This document shows positions 240,171 to 248,000 of a stretch of 248,000 nt of DNA, in pieces; position 1 is the first letter of the stretch; the number at the start of each line of letters is the position of its first letter. The notes under the pieces are model-generated. The model saw only the letters and a list, made by a program, of their open reading frames with translations. It was not told where the DNA came from and did no database searches. The position numbers and the translations under genes were made by a program. The DNA is from Octopus vulgaris (lineage: Eukaryota): positions 38,212,001 through 38,460,000 of the forward strand of contig OX597823.1 in NCBI GenBank assembly GCA_951406725.2. The letters run 5' to 3'.

Positions 240171-240970
240171 GAGTTGCATAAGAATCAGCAACCTTAAATG
240201 TTAAACTGACACAAGAAAATGCTCATGAGACTCAGTAACCAGACTACTAGTAGTGAATCCTGAGACTCAGTAACTATGTTAAACTGACTGACTACTAACA
240301 AATGAGTCCATAACTTGTTATATCTGTATGTTATTGAGTAACATCAGGCTCAAATTACTTCAACAATCATAAGGGAAAGTCATAACTCTACCTAGCCATG
240401 TCAGCATTAAAAAACAAATCAGTGTGTCTGTTTATGCACACAAATAATATTTGATATAATTTTATAGATTGAATTATAAGACAAGTCCTGCCTTAGGGTT
240501 AACTTATCATATGAACTATGTTTAAATGTCGAGAAGATTATAGAATATTGATATTTCATTATTTAATCCAACTTTTATCTATTAAGCCATCCTTAATTCT
240601 CTTTCTTAATCAGTTTTCATTGATTATTATTTTTGTTGTTGTTATTATTTGGATTGTTAGAATTATTAGAACATTTGACAAAATATCTTGCAATATTGCT
240701 TCCTGAGTTTACATCTCATTGAGACCAACTTCCATGATTGATAAAATTTTGTACCAGTCAAATACTAATCCATTAACTCAGCCAACTCCATTTCCACAAA
240801 ATTTCAGGCCTTGAATCTATGTTTGAAAAAATTGTTATTGTTGTTGGTAAGGTAGTAAGCTAGCAGAATTGTTAATGTGCTTCACAAAATGTTTAGTGGG
240901 ATTTCTTCCAGTTCTAGCAGAAGTACCAACCTTCAAGCAGTTTCTTGCTACTCATTATGTATTAAGGAGG

Positions 240971-242252
240971 TATTGGGTCTTCCCATAAATAATGTGTTTT
241001 TTTTTCAATTGCACGAACTAAAATTCGGAAGCTGATAGGATAAACTACCTGCATCAACTTGCTATAAAAGCAGATAGTAATTTTACTTTGTCCTTATTCT
241101 TAGTGTAAGTTTTGAAGAGTGCAGTTCAATTTTAACAGTTATTTTTTCAAAGCTATAATGGAAGTGACAAAGAATATATTCAGCATATTTTGCTTTATGA
241201 GTTCAGTAAAAACGACAACACAATGGAAAGTGCGAGGAATATTAATGCAGTATATTGGGATTGAACAATAAGTGTTAAGCCATTGTCAATGATGGTTCCA
241301 GAAATTCTGAGCTGGAAACTACAGCCTAGAAGACGAACCCCACCCTGGTAGATCTATAGAGCTTGATGAGGACGTTCTCCAAACCCTGGTGGAGCAAAAT
241401 CCCATTGTAACTGTTGAGGAACTAGCAGAGAAGCTTGGATGGATTTGGTTATTCAACCATTCACCAACACCTGCGTGCCATCAGAAAAGTTAGCAAATTG
241501 GGTCAATGAGTTCCTCACAATTTTTCCGAGTCTAATCACATGCAGAGAGTGAATGTGTGCTTTTCTTTGTCATGTCTCATAGTTGAACCTTTCTTGGACT
241601 GAATAGTGACTGGTGATGAGAAATGGGTTCTCTATAAAAATGTCAAGTGCCAAAGACTGGGTAAGGAAAGGAGAAACACCGGCACTCCAGGCTAAAGAAG
241701 GTCTTCACCCACATAAGAGGTGTTGTTATCTGTTTGGTGGGATATGAAAGGTTTAGTTCACTTTGAACTTTTAAACCCAAACCAAATTATAACAAAGGAG
241801 ATCTACTGTAAGTAGCTTGAATGACTTAAGTCAGCACTACAAGAAAAATGACCATCTTTAGTTTCAAGACAAAAAGTGTTTTTCCATCAGGATAATGCTC
241901 ATTCACATACAGTGAGGACGACATTCCAAAAGCTGGAGCACTTTGAGTGGGAAACAATGCCTCACCCACCATATTCACTGGACATTGCCCAATCGGATTA
242001 TCATTTATTCTGCAGTCTTTAAAATCATTTGGATGGAAAATATATGAATTCTGTAGATGAGATCACAACAGTACTGAAGGAGCATTTTTCGTCATGGAGA
242101 AGTGAATTTTGGAAGAGAGGCCTTGCAAGCCTACCACATAGATGTAAGAGCATTGTAGAAAATGGAGAGGATATTTTAGATTAAAAAGAACTTTATCTTA
242201 ATTTTGAAAAATAAAAGTATAAAAAAACTGCATTATTTATGGGATGACCCAA
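240971..242252 (+). mobile_element. Full-length decayed mariner (64.6 kb family)
   Basis: TIRs tattgggtcttcccataaataatg / cattatttatgggatgacccaat; IVTGDEKWVLY, PDIAQSDYHLF-type motifs. Confidence 0.9.
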
Positions 242253-242268
242253 TTCATTATATACACGT

Positions 242269-242316
<48 letters not shown>

Positions 242317-242402
242317 TCATATATATACATGTACATAAATACATACTGTCATATATATAAATAAAGCCATATATATAATATATACACACACACATTATAC
242401 AC

Positions 242403-242443
<41 letters not shown>

Positions 242444-244046
242444 GTCCCAGGATGGGACGAATGTTACTCTATATATATATATATATATATATATAAATAT
242501 ATATATATATAAGACTCATTTTAGAAGTTGCTCTTGGTGTGCTCTCCATAGTATGTAAGAGTGGCAGATACCACACACATACACATAACAATAGAAACTT
242601 GGACATGATTATGAATCAATTCCTTTTGGGGTTGATAAAATAAGTGCCAGTACTGGGGTTGATGTAATCGCTGGCCTTTTTTTTTTTTTTTTTAAGTTTG
242701 TTCCTTATTGACTCTTTGGTACCTCAGAACCTTAATTCTTGACAGATGGCTGTTTAGCTAAAAAATAGAAAGCTATGTTCATAATAAGTTAATGGTACAA
242801 ACATGTAATGATATATATGATTTTATCAACATTTATTCCTGACTATATTATTGTCATTTCAATGACAGTAAAGCAAATTTTAAGGTCATTTGTTGGTAGT
242901 AGAAACACTGAAGATCCAAAGATCTCTGGTCCAATTCCAAGTTTTGTCATATTAGCGAGGTTGAAATTATTACTATCATAATTATTCATATATACTATGT
243001 ACCACTATTTTGGGGCAAAGAAAGCTTGTAAAATATACTTTGTGTATAATATACACAAGACTTTATCTTTGAGGAAATCAGCAATAGTGGGGAATGTTAA
243101 AAAATAACTTGGCCTTTTAGAATTACCATAATGAATCTATACTTCAAAATAGGTGAACCATGCTCCATCCTCTAATTTTTTTTGTGTTTGATTTTTTTTC
243201 TATATTTTTTTTCTAAACAATCTCTGGATTTTTGAGTTTTGAATGTTGGACATTCTGTGTTTATGTTAAAATTGCATCATTTAATATATATTTGATCTTT
243301 TTTGTGTGTGTGTGTGTGTGTTTTGATCATGTTTGATTCTTATTGTAAGACAGACGGTTAGATTTCTCCATTCATAAATTTCTTTCCCAATGACTTTCAT
243401 ATAAAAAAAACCCTCATTTTGTTTATTTTCATGAGGATTAAATTTTTTTTAATTAGGAAGGTTTCATTTTCAAAATTGCTTACTTTGTCGTCATCATCAT
243501 TTTTACATCCAAAGGTTGGACAAAACCTTTTCAACATAGCATTCTGCCATTTGTTGCATTTCTTCTCATCTCTTTTGTGAGGTTTGGCTTCTTGATATTA
243601 GCCTTCATTTCCGCTCATGTCTCTTTTAGTCTTCCTTTTCTTACCAGCTGTCATCATCCACATATATTACATGCCCATACCAGTGCAGCCATTGCTGGTA
243701 TGGACATGTAATGTTTCATAAGTTAACTAAGAGTCTTTGAGAAATGAAAATGGTACTATATAATTTCTTTCAAATAATTTGTTTCAGTTAATCTATTGTT
243801 ACAGGAAAATAAATACTTTTTTTCTTGAAATATGCTTTAGATTTCTAAATTTTGAATTCTCACATCACATGTCATTACATCAAGTAATATTATATATATA
243901 TATATTAGTATACTAATACAGCGTTATAGTAATACATCTGTTCGTTGTCTACACCACTTGTCTTCGTCTTTTGTTTTTTTGTGAATTCTCCCTGTATATA
244001 AATATTATATTATATATATATATATATACATACACACATATATATA

Positions 244047-244117
<71 letters not shown>

Positions 244118-247100
244118 AGTTATTTTGATTGCGTTTAGCTTGAGTCATGGAACAGATCGATCTTTTACAAATTTCTTTTTTCCTTGAAATCTGTCAAATA
244201 AGTATTTGCATTTTGGTTATATTTCATAAAAAAGTACCCTTTGATCTTTACTAGTGTTGGCTGTAAAACTGCATCTATTATCTACAGACAGTTATAATTT
244301 GTTTGTTGTTTTCCTAGAGACTCAATTTACTTTTAATAATGATATACTCAGTTTTAATACATGTTGCTACAGCTGAACAAACATTTCTGTAAAGATTTTA
244401 AAGATTTTAAATCTCCTCAGAACTTTCTTTTATGCAGTTTTCTTTTTCTAAATGTTCTTTGGATTTAGTTGTATTGAACATTAGACATTTAGGATCTGGT
244501 AATTTTTTTTAAATAAAAAAAAAATTTTGCAATATATATAATTTAATATAATGTTAAAATCATTGAATAAAATAGAAAATATTTTTATATATATTATGTA
244601 TATACTAAATGATTTAAACATCTCAACAATATATATTGATGGGATGGTCATGACTGGAACACATTTGAATTGATACTACGGAAGGTTATTGGAATAAAAT
244701 TTTTGGGAGTGTAGAAGTAAATAAACAGAGATTAAAGTGAATAAACAGAAACTAAGTACCTTCTATCCTTTTGTACTGTTTCTATTTTGGTTTTACATTT
244801 TATTTCTGAATTGTTTCAATGTGTGAATGAGATATTAGTAAGATAGTTAACAACCTTGAGTAATAATGGTCTGAAGGAGATATTTATGAAATATAAGGAA
244901 CATTTAATATATTTTCACTGTCATGATAAAATGTATTATAGTAATTCATAATCTGACACACCAGGTAATAGATATGTTAGGCCATTCCAAATATGGCTAC
245001 AGAGAATGAGTGACATTTAGCTTTACCTTTTATATAATGGGTAAAATACACATCCATAAATTTTAGATTTAGAAATTTGTGGAAAAAAATGTTTATTATT
245101 ATATGGTAATCAAAATTTGTGTAGTTTGACTTAGTGAGAGTATTAGAAGGGAGAGCTTTTGGGGTTATATATATACATATTGATGTTTAATCATTGTTAT
245201 AATAAGACTAACCAAAATATGATAGAAGAATTGTTCCAAATTTCTTTCAGCCAGCTTATATATGCTATAGGATACAGATTGGAAAAGTTTAAGAAATGTA
245301 AAAAAAAATGTATAAAACAAGAAAATCAAGAAATGTTTCTAACATTTTTCTATTTTTTTTTTTTAAGATATCATTATGAAAACTTTACCCTATGTTGGAA
245401 AAAATCCATTATAATTGCTAAATTTTGTTTATTTTGAAAAACTGTGTGCAATTTTCTGTGATAATCTTTGATGCTAAGGAATTATTAGGGAAACTCTGGA
245501 AGTTTATTTTGTCTTATCTAATGAAAGTTGGAATATTTGAAAATAATTTTTAGTTTTGGAGAATAATTTTTGTGAATTGTCCTTAATTGTTCTTTGTCTC
245601 TGTACAAATTTCTGTTGAATTGGTTAAGCTAGTGGACCAAATGAAAGAAGTTAATTAAGATAACAAATGTTTAATAAATATGATCACATTGAACAATTCA
245701 AATATAATTATTCAAGAATTTGATTGTATTTGTATGTTAAAATGTATTTCGATCAGCACAATGTTTTTCCCAATCTTTGATCCTGTTCTTAGAATTAGCA
245801 TTAGTCTTTAATTGCTTATTTCAACTGCTTTGTACTCATCTTGCTGTCAATTGACATTGACAAACTTAGTTGTGATGATTTTAGTTTCTTTATTGCTAAT
245901 GAGGATTTAGTTAGATATTTGCTTACAGCACTCAGATGTTTGCATACTGCCTTGCCACATGCATACTCCTATCACCAGCACTACATCCTATCACAAGCAA
246001 TGGCACCACTGTTAAAAATGGTATTTAAGTACTCCTTTTGCTCCAAATTCAGGCCCACTCTACTCTTATCGAGGCTGTTGGATTTTAACCTACCTCAGAA
246101 TCATCATCCATGACTAGGCAAGCAGAACTTAGTGCCAACAGATATCCAGGGACATGATGTCCATTTCTCATTCGTTTTCTTCACCTTCTGCATTTCGGTC
246201 TTCATACCGGAATCTTATGCGAACTTTGGGATCTCCTATTCGATCTAATTCTGTTGAGGTCAGTTTTTGCCATCTAGTCTTTTCTTTAAATTGCCTTTGT
246301 TTTTTAATTTATGAATTTGTGATTTATATGTTAATATGTTAGTAGAAAAAGAAATTATCTTTGATAGATGTAACAGTGTTGTTGGATGCTAAGAGAATTT
246401 GCTGTTGATTTTGTTATCAATGTTGATGTTCTTTTGCAGATTATTTTACACTATAATCAAAGTGGTAAGCTGGAAGAATTTTTACATTGTCGGACAAAAT
246501 GCTTAGCAGAATTTCATTTGGCTCTTTACATTCTGAGTCCAAATTCCACTGAGGTCGTCTTTACCTTTCATCCTTTTGGGGGTCGATAAAAAAAGTACCA
246601 GTTGACCACTGGAGTTGATGTAATCAACTTAGCTCACTCACCTCAAATTGTTGGCCATGTCCCAAAATTTGAAACCATTATTTTTATACTGAAATAGCAT
246701 TCTGATTTCTAACAACTTAAAAATATTTAATATTTACTGACTTCTTTTTCTTTATTTTGCTGGTTTTTTTTATTTATAATTACAGAAGTAATGTTCAGCT
246801 CACTCATGGATTTGGGTGGTTGAGGATTGTTTCATCAAAATTGTTTTCAATAAAATACAGAGAATGATGAGAAGAAAATTCAATAGTTGATATTTCTTAT
246901 TTTGAAAGTGAGAAAATGGAATATTATTTAAGATTGATAATGGCTAATGAGTTTCCAGTTATTTTAAATCTTAAAAAGAACATTTTTATCAATTTTGTTA
247001 CAGGATGGAATTAGAAATAATTTGTAAAATGTATTTATTGAAATGCTTTCTATATTCTGAAATTAGTTACATTTTTATTTAAGTAGATAGTGACATTGAT

Positions 247101-247628
247101 GAATTACTTGCATAAAGTTAAATACCAATTGTCTTTGGAATTATGTTACATTGTTTTGCTAAGGAGGCAGATGTAGCTGAGTTGATAAGGGGATAGTTGC
247201 AACTGAGTTTTTAAGGAGACAGGGTTTTAATCAAAGCCTTGACTATTTATCTCTGCTGCATTTGCACCTAACAAAATGACACAGTTTACTTATCAGCTAC
247301 TAGGTATTGACTTAAGGTATAGTTCACTACTATAAACAGAACTGTATGACTGACAATGTTTGTAAATTAAAAGTGGTGAGTTGAAATTCTCCTGAGAACT
247401 AAAACAACATAGGAAGCCACTCCAGTATTTTACTTTGATGTTAACAATGCCAACATGTATTTTACAGACAAGAAAATAAATTTTGAATACAATAAAGCTG
247501 TACTGCATTCCAAATTTACTTGTCTGTAAAATACCAATCACATTCGATGCTTCCAAAGTTTGTTTGAAAAATGTCGTCACATTTCAAAAGCTATAATTTA
247601 GCTTTAAAATTGACGGTAAGTATCAGTA

Positions 247629-247700
247629 GGCCATTTAGCATAATGATAGAGTACTTAGCCAGTATCTGAGGGGTACAGGTTCAACTCCCATAGCTGTCTG
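247629..247700 (+). pseudogene. tRNA-like remnant (tRNA pseudogene or SINE head)
   Basis: A-box-like tagcataatga and B-box ggttcaactcc, but the acceptor stem does not pair convincingly. Confidence 0.3.
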
Positions 247701-248000
247701 CCGGCAACTTTTTTCCATCTTATAAGAATAAAATACCGTCTTTCTGCTGTTTTCACCGCTATACTGCATTCGAAATTTACTTTCTAGTCTGTAAAATCCA
247801 AAAACACATACAATGCTTACAAAGTTTGTTTATAAAATGTTATCGAATACTAATATGCATTTTTCCATCGGTGTCTCTGCTACCAAATTCATTACAGGTT
247901 GTTAGTTTTACTTTATGAAAGTGAAGTTATTGATTGAAAATTGACCTTTGTTAAATTGGAGGGAAAAATACTTCCTTTTCCTGATAAGTGATATTAATGT

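Noticed and set aside
247629-247700. Functional tRNA gene
   Set aside because: A and B boxes are present but the cloverleaf stems are poorly paired; kept only as a low-confidence remnant. The many SINE heads were likewise not called tRNAs.

Overview
AT-rich, microsatellite-saturated eukaryotic DNA with a repeat complement typical of a coleoid cephalopod, most likely Octopus (inferred from the SINE/RTE/mariner families, not from a database search). Most of the window is transposon-derived: tRNA-derived SINEs, RTE, CR1/L2-type, Tx1/L1, R4/Dong and Penelope-like (PLE) retroelements, many Tc1/mariner/maT copies, Helitron, hAT and Chapaev fossils, and one solo LTR. A host gene appears to run on the + strand from a CpG-retaining promoter near 107.4 kb, with tiny coding exons at 153.3 and 169.5 kb separated by very large introns; I cannot name it. 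Nearly all long ORFs in the ORF track made of YI/CV/HT repeats are microsatellite artefacts. Two systems stand out. (1) A dispersed set of hammerhead ribozyme (HHR) motifs: six copies with an intact core and about ten degenerate ones, from several unrelated sequence families. They sit in the arms of fold-back elements (20.55-21.49 kb, 204.3-208.95 kb, 7.5-8.4 kb) or in tandem (78.6/79.1 kb), and almost all have a palindromic stem III suited to dimeric cleavage. (2) An apparently intact LINE (197.96-203.27 kb) whose ORF1 joins a Myb/SANT-like N-terminal domain to a CCCH finger. It has a tandem-monomer 5' region, sits in TA microsatellite, and shares a covarying 3' stem-loop with the abundant local SINEs. 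All coordinates were read by eye, so expect errors of a few bases (more for fossil boundaries).
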